Shown here: in pieces, positions 9,712 through 23,284 of the stretch
How positions within the stretch are numbered: the stretch's first letter is position 1
Layout of the letters: every line of letters begins with the position of its first letter
NCBI RefSeq assembly: GCF_964355755.1
Contig: NC_092675.1
Span: 22,292,912-22,356,911 of the forward strand
Length of the DNA stretch: 64,000 nucleotides
Source of the DNA: Antedon mediterranea
Taxonomy: Eukaryota > Animalia > Echinodermata
Direction of reading: 5' to 3'
The notes under the pieces: model-generated
Databases searched by the model: none
What the model was told of the DNA's origin: nothing
The model's input: the letters and a program-made list of their open reading frames with translations, nothing else
Program-made: the position numbers and the translations under genes

Positions 9712-11170
9712 CTACACATCTGATAACAAAACAGATAGAATATATGTCACTCGGCGAACAGAATTGCAGACACCGTAAAAATATTTTTCTGCCGCGACTT
9801 CTCTGTGGTCCAAGTGGTAATGAATCAGTTGGGCTGACGATTTGAAAGTTAGCTGGGTATTTTTTCTTGGGTGTCGTAGGGTGCTGGCTATTCCGAAGTC
9901 TGATAGCATCACTCTATAGCAGACACATCGTAGTGGATAAAGATGTTCCTTGCTGCTTCTACGTCATTATGGAGAATTCCTCGTTGGTGCATGATGTTGA
10001 GGTCAATGATAACCTCTCTTGTCATGAATATGCAATCAAGCTCACTCCATGATGGATGTCCAGTTCGCAATACTTTTAGTGCTGTTGTACTAGGGTTAGA
10101 GTATTCCCCAACGCACCATGCAACATACATTGGCTTGGAGAAAGATGGCCACGACACGAGGACCTGAATGTTGGTCACTCAACAACTCCAGTTAGCTAGG
10201 TATTTTTCCTTTGGTGTCGTAGGGGGCTGGCCATTCCGAAGGCTGATACTGATAGCTTCGCTCTATAGCAGGCACATGGTGGATAAGGATGTTTCTTGTT
10301 GCTACGTCATTATGGAGAATTCCTCGTTGGTGCATGATGTTGAGGTCAATGATAACCTTGTCATGAATATGCAATCAAGTTCACTCAATGATGGATGTCC
10401 AGTTCGCAATACTTTCAGTGCTGTTGTACTGGATAGGGTAAGAGTATTCCTAACGCACTGATGCACCATGCAACCATGGCTTGGAGAAAGATGGCCACAA
10501 CACAAGGACCTGAATGTTGGTCACTCAACAACTCCAGTTAACTATGTATTTTTTCTTTGATGTTGTAGGGTGCTGGCCATTCCGAAGTCTGATATCTTCG
10601 CTCTATAGCAGACACATCATGGTCGATAAAGATGTTTCCTGCTGCTACGTCATTATGGAGAATTCCTCGTTGGTGCATGACGTTGAGGTCAATGATAACA
10701 TCTTTTGTCATGAATGCAATCAAGCTTACTCAATGATGGATGTCCAGTTCGCAATACTTTCAGTGCTGTTGTACTGAATAGGGTAAGAGTATTCCTAATG
10801 TATTCCTAATTCCATGCAACCATGGCTTGGAGAAAGATGGCCACAACACAAGGACCTGAATGTTGGTCACTCAACAACTCCAGTTAACTATGTATTTTTT
10901 CTTTGATGGTGCTGGCCATTCCGAAGTCTGATATCTTCGCTCTATAGCAGACACATCATGGTGGATAAAGATGTTCCTTGCTGCTTCTACGTCATTATGG
11001 AGAATTCCTTGTTGGTGCATGATGTTGAGGTCAATGATAACATCTTTTGTCATGAATATGCAATCAAGCTTACTCAATGATGGATGTCCAGTTCGCAATA
11101 CTTTCAGTGCTGTTGTACTGGATAGGGTAAAAGTATTCCCCAATGCACTGATGCACCATACAACATACAT
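9712..11170 (-). pseudogene. Decayed protein-kinase fragment amplified as ~3.8 tandem copies of a 346-bp unit
   Basis: Each unit encodes HQRGILHNDVA(T/A)RNI (subdomain VIb-like); the last copy continues in another frame into LSDFGIAS...HREVAAE (VII/VIII-like). The junction GACCTGAATGTTGG occurs at 10161, 10507 and 10853. Frameshifts and stops are present. Confidence 0.75.
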
Positions 11171-11279
11171 ACATCCTTTTAAGCAAATTGCAGTCTTTTT
11201 ACTCTACTCTACAGCTCACTATGTCGGTCGGGTAGACTCAAGTTTGAGCACTCAACTGCAGCCATGTATATGGCCTTGT

Positions 11280-11491
11280 TTCTTAAGTTCCTCGATACTT
11301 TAAGGAACTTTAGATATGGCAGCAACATCCATTGCCACACCCTCCCAAGCCCGTTTTTTTTACTTTCCTGTGATTAGGTTGCTCAAACTGCCGTTTATTA
11401 CATTTTTTCTTTTACTGACTCCGTCAATCAATGCTGATATTTCTGACGCTGTGAAATTAACGTTTCTTTTTTCTTTTTCTGCCTTTTCCAT
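11280..11491 (-). pseudogene. Myb/SANT-like DNA-binding domain relic (Harbinger-type accessory ORF or MSANTD-like)
   Basis: Manual translation MEKAEKEKRNVNFTASEISALIDGVSKRKNVINGSLSNLITGK*KKRAWEGVAMDVAAISKVP*SIEELKK fits the NF..E...L / K..AW..V / S.EE.KK pattern; two in-frame stops. Confidence 0.7.
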
Positions 11492-11711
11492 CCTTGTAAG
11501 TATAATATTATGATGACACGTTATTACCAGTACAAAGGGGACGAACTTTTTTTAAATTATCAATCAATCGAACTTAAACGTTCTCACGCTTTGCCCATCG
11601 ATAATTTACTAATTATCACCGTCAAATTTGCAATAAAATTTTTTCAATATAAGAAAACATTGAAAATATTATGTTGATAACCTCGTTTTGAATAATAAAT
11701 AAGACATTTAC

Positions 11712-12505
11712 TTGTCATTTTCTTTCATTTGGTCCAGTTCTGCATCTTTGAAATACAATTCCTCTTTCACAAGCCTAAAAATAAACAAAAAATTCATTTT
11801 TTTTGCCAGGATGTGCTTAAATTCTTATTTTAAGTTATATACCTGTTTGTAAGACAGATACTTACTCCGGAGAGGTCATTGTTATAGCGCTTTAATTTGC
11901 ACTTTCCTAACTGCATATCTAAAGATAAAAGAAGAAAACATCATAGAAAATGTAAAGGCATTTTTTTCCAATTCCAGATTTTAAAGACTCCAGTGGATTG
12001 TTCACATGGGGAAAAGCAGAGCCACAATCAATCTCCTGTGTCAATGAAGGTTGAAAAGGCTTTAATAGAAGCAATATTTTTTTTTATAGTTTTAATTCCT
12101 TCTTCATGACCTTTGATTTCAAATCTTCTTTCATATCAGCATGTCTGAAAAGTAAAACGATACAGTTATTGTTTTTTAACCGAATCCCAAAGGTTTAATT
12201 GACTAACTCGCTGTTCAGTTTTTCCACCTGTTGATCCAACTTTGATATTTGTTCCTCTTTAAATTTGAATTATTTGATCTGATGTTCAGTCTCTTCTTTA
12301 TTCATTCTGTAACACAAAAAGAGATGAAAGTCCAAACGCTGTAAAAATGGTTATGTTTTAGACTTTTACATTCGGGCATTTATGTAATCTTTTATTAGGT
12401 TTTTTTTAATGTATCTGTTATTTTGCAATGCCAAAAAATTATCCATCTTCGCCATACATACCTCATGTTAAGAGATTTTTCTGTTTGTTTTAAAGTACTT
12501 TCAGC
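11712..12505 (-). pseudogene. Spliced coiled-coil gene relic
   Basis: AG/GT-bounded minus-strand exons: 12462-12505 (AESTLKQTEKSLNMR), 12208-12306 (MNKEETEHQIK*FKFKEEQISKLDQQVEKLNS), one starting at 12144 (HADMKEDLKSKVMKKELKL*), 11843-11918 and 11712-11774 (LVKEELYFKDAELDQMKEND). Phases agree at the junctions checked; in-frame stops are present. Confidence 0.55.
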
Positions 12506-13289
12506 CTACAAAAACAATAACGTTATTTGATTATTCCAATCCTGAGTACAAACATATCTCTATTTTATTTCTCCCATGATTATCAAGTTACTTGTCATAG
12601 AAATCAATATCAAACTTTTCGAGACTAGACAACTCAGTCAGCGATTAAGCAAGAATACTGAGCATGCCCAGAAACATGACCATGTGCGGGACGTTTTAGT
12701 TGTTCTAACTATAATGCGTCCTCAAATTTCTATGTATTTATCAACATGAAATGTTTAGTGGAATTTTCTTCTTCAATAATTTCTTGCTCTGCTATTCAAG
12801 CGTATGGCCTGCTTTGAACACTTTAATTTTTTCAAAGTTTTTCCTGATTTTTCTAGGCTGATTTATTTTTCTTCCTTTAAGCTGCAACAGCAAATGTATT
12901 TGTAAAGCTTACCCTGATTAAGTATGTTGGCTATGGTTTTAACATTAGACAGGTTAGCAACAGACTAGTCGGTACTTTACTACCATGCTCGATGTAGATA
13001 CACTAACTGATTCATAACAACTATGAGAATGCTCTTTAGACATGTTTGAATACAACGCACACGACATAAGTGTACATTCTTAATCTGATATGCGTATAAA
13101 CATAATTAATAATGCATCGTTATGTAATACATGTAATAACGCTTAACCTTAAATACAACATCCTCTCCGATGAGAAACTCTCATAATATTAAAACTAAAG
13201 AAAACGTAAATTATGACTTATAAACTTTCGAACAATAACATTATGATCATGAAAATACATTTTTACAACTTCAAAATATGATACACTTA

Positions 13290-13426
13290 GAATCTAGTTT
13301 AACTAATATTGAAACTGGCCGTTTGTATGTTTTTCTGGTATTAGTTACGTTGACCTCTGCCACTCTCACTCGGCCATCTTCACTTTGATAAACTTTGGTA
13401 ACTTTTCCAATCAACCACTGTTGAAC
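13290..13426 (-). mobile_element. Bel/Pao LTR retrotransposon fragment (C-terminal DUF5641 region)
   Basis: Translates to VQQWLIGKVTKVYQSEDGRVRVAEVNVTNTRKTYKRPVSILVKL, matching the W.LGrV...DG.VRvv.V.T...y.RPv..L..L motif that follows Bel/Pao integrase. Confidence 0.75.
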
Positions 13427-15399
13427 TTATTATTAGCTTCTTTATTTTACATACAGGGTGCGATGCCAACATGAGGATGGAAAAAAACAGGAATAAAACC
13501 AGTTTATTATACACTTCACAAATCTGTGGAGTCAATAAAAACCATTTAACCACTGTGTTTTAACAACTCATGTACGCGTTACATCAGAGGCATGCATATT
13601 GCAACTATTAGCTGACCGCTGTTGGTTTTTGACATCTTTGCACATGTAAATCAAACTTGATTATAGGGGCAAATGATCTTCTCAAATATGTCTTCATTTC
13701 TAGGTTGCTGTGAGCCAATTATTAACACAATATCATCTATCTACCTTTAACTTCTCACTTTCCATTTTTGTTGCAATTAATGTTTCCATTTGTAGAGTCT
13801 TGTTCTCTATCAATCTTATGTTGAGGTGAAAGAATAATACTAATTTATTAAGTCTCTGGCTGTGGTAGTCCTGGCTAAATAGAGAGTTTGTTTATCCTTT
13901 TCTGTTCTATAATGGAAATATTATTTTGCAGTCTCCGAGTCAAGTACAAATAAACTGTATTGGCATTGTGATCGAGTTCTAAATTCTTCTCAATACTCAT
14001 CAGCACTCATTTTACTCCATGTGTATGTAAACAATTTTTTTTTTTTGTAGAACAGAATTTACTGTTACATTGTATATTATTTGGGCCAAAGGCCATATAT
14101 TAATAAATGTTTCTTGGATCATTCCAAGGAAAGAAGAAGAAGAAGTAAGCTAAAATTCCCTGAGTAAGAAGGTGTGCTGCCACTTGGATTGGTGACATTA
14201 ATATAATCATAATTTAATAATATATAATAATAATCATTTTCATCGATTTGTAGAAAACAGGTGTCCATTACTGGATTTGTGGCCTTGTGTGTGGCCTAAA
14301 ATGGAATCTTTCTGTGAACCTACATATTTACGGTTGTAAATGTGTTGAGCAGTCACACACTTTAATATTCATACGTACATGAATGTTTTTATGCTACTTT
14401 ATTATCTTGTGCAAGTCCTAAAGTCCTTCTTAATATGTATAGCGCCCTCTCTGACTATTAATGTAGATTTTACTTTTTTTTAGTTGAAGATGTTATAGAC
14501 TTAGCAAACAATATACAGTATATATTATAGACCAAGGCAAATCCTCGGAACCTGAACAAGCCACACCCAAGGATCATAATAAAATTGAATGCAAAATACA
14601 TGTACCACTATATTGCTGTCTCTTCATTTCTAAAAAGCTGTAAACATGCTTGTGAATATCTAAAAATAAAAACCGACAAATTAGTAAAAGTTTTTGGGAG
14701 TTCTGTCTGGTCTGCCCCTTTGAATTATTTTGGTATAACTAGTAATATAACTATTTCCTCTATATTATGAAGAATAATAAGTAGTATCATCGTGCAAAAT
14801 AAGGGTTCTAAAAATGTAGTACAGGTTTAATTTTGCCCACACAATTCACAGTACGGTGAACCATATTTTACAATTTACATCATAAAAAGGTAAATAAACA
14901 GTTAAATATTCATTTAGTATGTTGAACATTGTAAATTATTAACCCTAGTAATATACTTGGCCTACTCTGATCTAAAATTAGAAATCCACATTATTCATGC
15001 TATAGGAAACAGTTGTGTACATATAATGTCATGCTATACATTTAAATGATATGACACATGATTCAATCTTCCTTAATTTAAAGTTCATTATATATTTTAT
15101 TGGTCTTTTAAAATGTTATCTTTAATTGATCATTCGATTTATTCTTTACTAATTTGTCTTGTTGTAGACATGTTTTATCACACTAGGTCTAGACGAATAG
15201 TTTTTATTTTAGTTTTTTTGTTGATTTACGAATAGCCCAAAGGCTTTAGTCCCTATCTGCCTTCTGCAAACTAAACATTTGTCATAGTTCTAGGCTTATA
15301 ATTTGAATTCATAATTCAAAGAAAACTTTAATGATTTTTAAGAAGGAAAGTGATACTGTGAACAGTGGGACTGCTATGAACGTATAGTGGTAGTGTTTG

Positions 15400-15917
15400 T
15401 ACAGTCTTTCTATACCCTTTTACAATACATCAGTCTCAATCTGCATTCCTGCTCATTACCTACTATCCTTGTTTCTCTATCCACACTTTGGATCACATTG
15501 AGAAATGTATATGTTCTTTCTTAATTCCGAATTGTTCAAAAAACTCCTCCAGCTGATTCAACTCCTCATTATCCTCTAATGACTGGAGCAAAACATTGTC
15601 TATAGGGTGGTCATCCCTTTTTGATGAGCAGCTTGGGTTTTCAATAATTTTGAGCTGTTTGTTACACATACACATAAATTTGATGTAAATTCTATATGAA
15701 ATGTTTCTGTTCGGTTCTCTTGTTTTGTGACCTTTATGTTGCCAAAATCTATTTCTTCTTCCCATATATCATTATCAATAGCAAACCGTCCACATCTCTC
15801 TTGTGCGCGCTCGCAAAGCCAATCTTTCCAAATTATACATTTCGTATTTAATTGAAATGTCCCCTGGTCAAAAGTCCTCACTAATACCATTATTTTTGTG
15901 TTGCTGAGAGACAGCAT
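15400..15917 (-). pseudogene. Frameshifted coding relic, possibly containing a death domain
   Basis: Overlapping minus-strand ORFs 15600-15917 and 15493-15765 with protein-like composition. IDNVLLQSLEDNEELNQLEEFFEQFGIKKEHI resembles death-domain helices 1-3 (pattern recognition only). Confidence 0.3.
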
Positions 15918-18900
15918 GCTTTCCTTTAACTAGTGTCATCAGTGTTTTCTTGCCTAGTGCAAATTTCTTCATAGGATGAGTAGGGACTGCTGTACTCATA
16001 TGTGCTCAGTGTTCTTGGCTTGTTTCAAAGAATTTTATTATATAGGTTGTTGGTTAAGTCATGGAGTTATCTGACCATCATTTGCTGTATAGTACCGTAC
16101 TAATTTTTTAATCTTAATAATTAAATTAAATATTCTTTCTTTAAAACAATTTCCCTTTACAAAGGTCAATTTGTTAATGATGTATAATAGGATAACAAAG
16201 TTACTTTACACCTATTTCAAATTAAAATAAATTCCATCCTTTCCAGAAGGAAGAGAATTTCCTGCTGAATGCTATGCAAAATACACTTTAGTATAGCTTT
16301 CTTATCTGTCTGAATTTAATTTTAATAAAAGTGTGATTGGAGGTTTATTAATGTCAGTGTAGAAAGTTAAGAAATGTTAAGGATGTAATTTAGTTTGCTG
16401 CCATTATTAATATCTTTAAATTTGACAGCCTTACTCTCATAGGAATCCTTATGATGCCTTTTTGTCATTTTTTTTATACAAGAGACATTCTTTATAAAAA
16501 GATACCCCATCCCTTTCACACCCGTCCTCCTCCACCACCATTTTATGACTATGACGCTATGTTTTCTCTCCAGTAGTGGTGGTATTACAATAAATCTCGG
16601 CTCAAAACATCACATCAGAATTGGGAGATATTATATGAAAAGATACACAATATGGGTGCTTTACATAGCTTGCTGGTAAAACTTGATTTTAGCATATTAA
16701 TGCGTTTAGCACATACAATGCAAACTACAGATTTCAGGAAATCCCTTTATTTGCTATGCCACGTTGATATCCTGCTTGTGATAGACCTGATCTTGTTCAA
16801 TATATCGCCATAGTTTTGTTCCAGTAGGTTTATTTTGAATTTGTGTGTCCAACTTTTATATTTGTATCTTAAATAAAAGAATACTTTTTTATGCTTCTAT
16901 AAAGTGTATTTAATTAGTCTGACCCTATTTATGATAAGTTACTGTATAGTAGTATGTTTCCCTATTTAATTTTAGTCTTATTTTTATCAAGCCTTTCTAA
17001 ATACTCTATTTAAATATGTATGTTAACAGAGATTGATTACAGTCTACTATGCCACTCTCTGTATATTACAATGGTTGAACCTGGCACACTTCTAGATCCT
17101 TTGACGGGACATAGGAATGTCATACAAGATGTTACCATTGGTATTGTACTGGTTCATTCAAAGTAAAGCGGTAAAAGTTTTTTATCCAAAAATTCATGTG
17201 TTTCATATCAATCAACGTCTCAGTTATTGCGGGATTCCCTTTATGTACCATTTGGTATTGGAGGCGACTTTAATCAGAAAAATAAATTCTGCTGACAATG
17301 GAAAATACATTTTTTACCATTTTGGCACATTCTTATTCTATAAAAAAATATATATAATCTTGTACTTGTAATTTTGATAATAAAAAATCATTTTCGAGGC
17401 TGTGGTGTAACAATTATGTACATGGGGTCAGCAGGTCACATCTCATGCTGTGTTTCAATATGTTATTATGCATTGGAACTCTATACTTTACCTAGTATTA
17501 ATTATTGTAATTAATTTCACATGAAATAACTGATTATTTTACCTAGAAAGCCACTGAATACTTTAGACCTACTGGTTTTAAACCAACACATATAATATTA
17601 GTCTGTGTGGTATGGTACTGTATGGTAATATTGTACTGAATCAAGTACATATCTTGAAAAGATGGTCACATAATTATGTTTGTCTGATTTATATGTTAAT
17701 GTTATTGATACTGTATCAATATTATTTTAATTTTAATATGCTTTCAATTGATGCCATTATTATTTGTTTAATTAAGTATACCAATAAACTAAATATGTTA
17801 AAAAGATAAAAATATTTCACATTTGTTTCAGCGTTTCATCATATTTTTATATAGTATAGTTTATTATTAAAAACATTTATTCTTCCTAGAAATTACATTG
17901 CTTGCTCTAAAGTAAACGAAATGGTAACTTTTATTAATTTTACAGTTTATACCTGCTGTGGACAAAGAATAACAAACAATTAATTGTAGTCAATGAGTTC
18001 ATTGTTTTTTTCTTTAAACAATGTAATACAACAAAATATTTTTATATGGTGTCTAGTCATTTCCTGAGATCCATCCCAACAATTTCCCGTTTGGATTCGG
18101 AACAGTCCGACTTTGTTTCCAACAGGATTAGGTTTTCCTGAAGGTCACGGCTCAAGAAGAAGTGATACTGTTTACTAGACATTTCGTAAAGAACACATTT
18201 TTTAAAAACATGTTTCATAACACTATTAGAACAACTCAATTCATTTCAGAAAGATCACATTTTATAAAAAACTTATGTGGGAAATAAATCTAGGCTAGGA
18301 TCAACATTACAAAAACAAAGTTTTTATGAGAACCAAAATCCTTGTTTGCAAGTCTCCCACACATGGAATGGATCTTTTTCCATTAATACTGCAGTTTAAT
18401 AGGTTGTCTTCAAAATTTAACACAAAAATAATTGACATGATGAATTTATTAAACTCATGAATTGCCATTTTCAATATGTAAACAATGCGGCAATATACTG
18501 TATGACCTCTTATAATAATCCAAAATTTCAAATTGCTTGTCTAGTTTGTATGGTACATACTACTAGTTTATATAACCACAGTAGGTTTTATACATTGATA
18601 CAGTATAACTTAATATCAAATGTTATATTTAATCTTTAAGCAGTCAATATCTGTATAATATAACCACAGTAGGTTTTATACATTGATACAGTATAAAACA
18701 ATTTTCATATTATTGCGTCATTTGTCCTTTTCATGTTAATTAAAACTTTCTTGTCAGGTTTATGAAATGTATAATACCAACAAAATGTTTGTTATGTATT
18801 GATTTGACACCAGATGATTAACATCTGTGTACATGTCTTTGTATTTACATAGACCTTATCCCGTTCTGTGTACCAACACTTTCATCTGCACGTTCCTACA

Positions 18901-19907
18901 TTATGTACACACCATGTACCACGCCGTACGCAATGTTGGAATAGTTGTAATATCTAGAGGTGCCCAGCAGAAATGGTTGTTACTCTACTGTATGTTTAAG
19001 CCTATGAGATGAATTAATTATGAAAGTTAACATTATAATACTCAATACAGTACTTAATAGAGTCCACGTTTCTTTAACGGTCATAATCAGCAGTGCTTTA
19101 CATTATCATTACTTGCTTGAAATATATTCTAATTTTATATTTTAATAAGTTCTACTGATAGATGCCAATTGTATGTGCTGTACATGTGCACATATAGTAC
19201 CACATTAATGCCCAGTATGTGCGAAGCTTGTCACATGAGGAATATCATATAGATATACCATGCTTACAGAAGTATGTGCAAAGTTTATTGTGGTATGGGG
19301 AAAAGTTTACTTTCATTAATCACCCAATTATTGCAATCACACCATTGGAAATCTACCTTTCCCATGGGATATCAATATCAGATTGACAATATTTTCTTGT
19401 TTTCAGCCTTGTTAAAATTGGCTTACTTTTGCCGTGTACTTTCAGTCCCCAAGGCCAACTAACTTTTGTATTGATGTCAATCATAAATACTTTTAAAAAC
19501 ATTTAATTTTTCTTTGCCATAATTTCTCTTTGGAAGACCTTTTTAAGGAAGAATATTAGTTTCACTTCTGAAGGTTAGGTTTGTAAACACAAGGCCTAGA
19601 ACCTCCAGGGACCTCCAGGGTAATAAAGACAAAAACAAAGGTAATTTCTATTAATATTTATGCAAGTTAATGATATAAGAAATGGTAATAATTTTTTATC
19701 TTATGGTACTTAATAATGGTATCATGTGACGCAGGTATAACTTGCACTTACAAATTGATAGACTTTGTTTTATTTGTATTGTACTGCACATATGTATTTT
19801 ACTGTTCATTAGATTACCATAAAGCCTAGATTTTATTTATTTAAAAAAAATTATAATTTGTGCCCAGTTTATTTCTGTATTATACTATATTTTATTACTC
19901 AAAGATC

Positions 19908-20400
19908 TATTGAAGTGAAATAAAGAAAATTGTGTTTGTACAATGTGTAGTTCTGTTAATATTCATGTTTTTTTAATAAAGTATGTTTATTTCTGAATAA
20001 AGTCACTGTTTTAATATCATGTGATTACATGGAGGTATGTGAATGTCGGAAATGGTACTACACAATATTTGAATATATTGAAGTGAAATAAAAAAAAAAT
20101 TGTGTTTGTACAATGTGTAGTTAATACGCATGTTTTTTTAATAAAATGTGTTTATTTCTGAATAAATGCACTGTTTTAATATCATGTGATTATATGGAGG
20201 TATGTGAATGTCGGAAATGGTACTACACAATATTTGAATATATTGAAGTGAAATAAAAAAAATTGTTTTTGTACAATGTGTAGTTAATACGCATGTTTTT
20301 TTAATAAAATGAGTTTATTTCTGAATAAATGCACTGTTTTAATATCATGTGATTATATGGAGGTATGAATGATGTAGGAACTGGTCCCACAATATTTGAA
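19908..20400. repeat. Tandem repeat, ~165-168 bp x ~3
   Basis: TATTGAAGTGAAATAAA recurs at 19908, 20076 and 20241 with near-identical following sequence. Confidence 0.9.
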
Positions 20401-21039
20401 GTTGACGCGTACTATCAATTTCACGTAAATGAAATGTATTGCTTTAATTTCTATTGGTGTCCTTTAGATAAATAATTACATACGGTGTTTGGAAATTACA
20501 AGATAGTTTGGCAACGAGTTCTGCAACATTGCATGGTAGTAGACCTGGCCTAGATTACCAGGGTAATTAAATTGTGTTTTTAGTTTGCAGTTTTTGGATA
20601 TTGTCTACATGATGCAGTCGTACCGTATAGACGTCCCTAACCGAAATAAACCTAATGCATAAAGATAATTATTGATTGAAAGAATTTTTTTTTATAGAGC
20701 AGTTTTCTTACCATTTTTCTAATCCACAACACAAACACCCCCTGCCCTACAAAAAAAAAACAATCCTAGTTATACATCCATTCGAATTGAAAATTAAAAC
20801 TCAGAAGCATATAATTCGCTACAGTATATTATAAATTAGGCATCTCAACAGAAATTACAAATTGCTGTATTCTATTCGTTGATTTATGTAAAAATTCATA
20901 TAATAGCAATATTATTGTAATTTCATTCAATAATTATTTGCATAACAATAATAATTTCCTCTTCACAATGACATTGCCTTCCTTATAATTGCATTTTGTC
21001 TTTGACTGTTTTCAAGTCAACCCACTAATACTGTACATC

Positions 21040-21420
21040 AATGTTGTTAATAATGGTGAAAATGATGATCATTTTTTGGTGGTTTTTAATTGTTGTGTAG
21101 TTGTGGTTGGTTGATGTAATTATCGTGTAGGACGAAGATGTTGACGGATGTTTCTGTGATGATTGGTGGTGGTGTTGAGGAGTAGGAGGAGGTACTACTT
21201 GGTGCTCGCGTTGTTGTGGTTGTGGCAGTATGATGACGCCGAACGGTGGTGGTGGTGTTGGTTCATGTGATGACAATGGTTTTAAAAACTAGTGATGATG
21301 ATTGATGGTGGTGGTTGTGGGGATTACGTTGCAATGATTACAATGAGATTTACATGACGATGACGATTGTGATGGTTGCGATTCTGATTAACCACTACGA
21401 TGAAAACAATTATGAACTAC
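21040..21420. repeat. Degenerate (GGT/GAT/GTT)n trinucleotide low-complexity region
   Basis: Runs of tggtgg, tgatga and ttgttg. Confidence 0.75.
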
Positions 21421-22214
21421 GTGAAATGAAACTAATAACGTTACAAACGTTTGAAGATTTGGCTTCAAAAATTGAATATTACAATCAATTCTTAATTAAT
21501 GATATTCTCACGGAACTGTTGATATAATGTGTCTGACAGCAACCTACCAGCTCAGTATGATAAAAAAAAAAAGCCTCAGCATAGATCAAGTGCTAAATAA
21601 TATATCGTCGATCTTAAATTTTATTACTTTGATGTAGATTATAATTCATAACAGGATTCATATTGGGGCTGATTCGGGCTTTTAAAATGGGGTAATTAAT
21701 TGGGATTCTATCAAATACAACAGTCTATTTTCACCCCATCTCTCCCACCCCTTCCCAACATTCAAGATCCGCCTGTAAAATGCATCCATATTGAGACAAT
21801 ATAACTAGATAGATACATTGCTTCTCTCTGATTTAATAAACGGGATATATTTGAATTTGTTGTTTTCAGTCCGGATTCAAACCCATAATGACTTACAGAT
21901 CTCATAGCCCGAGTGGGCAAAACATCTTTCTACTTGATGATTCTCTGACATAAATTAATAACAGTTACTGTATCAAGTAGTATAATAGTGTTATATTAAA
22001 TAGCTACTTTTAGCATTTAATTTGCTGTACGAGACACCATGAAAGATTGCAGTGTCACCTTTGATCAATTTTATCTTCATGTGGATCGCGATGATTGGTA
22101 GTACTGCGCCACCTTGATTTAAACTTTCGAGATTTGTTGACAATAGCAACACCGAAGATGAAATGAAAAGATCATGGTGAATACTAATATTGGGCGCCGA
22201 TTATTTAAAGAATA

Positions 22215-22480
22215 AACATGCGTTCGTATCAAAACCGTACCATTTTCATCAGGGTTTGTACACGCGCGTACACAAACCATTACCATTTTGTTATCAGTGT
22301 TTGCACCGCGCGTACAAAAACCGTACCATTTCAACAGGGTTGAACACGCGCGTACAAATCCGTACCATCACAGTTTGAACGCGTGTGTACAGGAACCGCA
22401 CCATTTCAACCAGTTTCAACAGAGTTGAACGCGGGCGTAAAAATCTGTATCATTACAGTTTGAACGCATGTGTACATCAA
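22215..22480. repeat. Degenerate short tandem repeat (CGCGTACA...CCGTACCAT...TTGAAC)
   Basis: About seven imperfect units of roughly 35-50 bp, CpG-rich relative to the background. Confidence 0.7.
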
Positions 22481-23150
22481 GAAGTGCACGTTCTTTCAAA
22501 TTGAAACAGTTCTTCTAAAACAGCATATACTCCAAAATGACTACGGAAAATCTCTTTTTAATAAATACAAAACATTCACACTAATCGTTTATAAGTTCAT
22601 TAAAAAAAATAGCTATTGTAGGTACCGGTATGTATCGATAGGTTGGTTACGTTTTACTTGTCGAGTCGTCAAATTTGGTTTAAAATGATTATTCGCGCGT
22701 GCCAATTTTGTTTGTCTTTGGGATGACACCGACGAATATTGTCTGTATTAGAATTTATGAATTTCATTAAAGTGAACGGTCCCTTTAATGAAATTATAAC
22801 TTGTAGCATCACGCTTTTGGCATTGATTTTTGGAACAGGCTTCATAATAGAGATCAACACAGGAAATGTATGTCTTACACTAGAGCAGTGCTTAGGTGAA
22901 CTCTTGTGTGCTAGTCTCCCTCCGGAATGGCGAACCTTCATGCTCAATTTCACCATCAGCATCTATGTTATAAAGCCGTTTGGGAATTTCCAAGCGCTTC
23001 CCTACAGGATTCAATACCTAATCTAATAAACTTATCTGGAAAAGTATGGGATTTTTTAGATATTATATCTTTTTTTTTGTTTTTTTTATTTCAATATATT
23101 CTTAATTATTTTAAAATCGCGTTTAAAAGTCATATAATATGTTTTAAGTG

Positions 23151-23284
23151 ATTGGTCAGATATTTTGCCCTACTCTGACGTAATTTGTACTTCATACAAG
23201 ATTACTTGCGAACAAATTCGCAAGTAATTCTCGGGTGGGACTCGAACCCACGACCTCCAGATCACTAGCCTGGCGTTCATACCT
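23151..23284 (-). mobile_element. tRNA-derived SINE-like repeat, copy lacking the A-box end
   Basis: Near-identical to 56895-57027; minus-strand B box GGTTCGAGTCCC. Confidence 0.7.

Noticed and set aside
9867-11303. Plus-strand ORFs in the 346-bp array
   Set aside because: The recognisable kinase motifs are on the minus strand; the plus ORFs are antisense frames of the repeat.
13620-14020. Further decayed minus-strand coding sequence
   Set aside because: The composition looks coding-like, but there are many stops and no recognisable motif, so no call is supportable.
21025-21527. Pro/His/Gln-rich ORFs
   Set aside because: They arise from a degenerate trinucleotide tract, with no domain or splice support.
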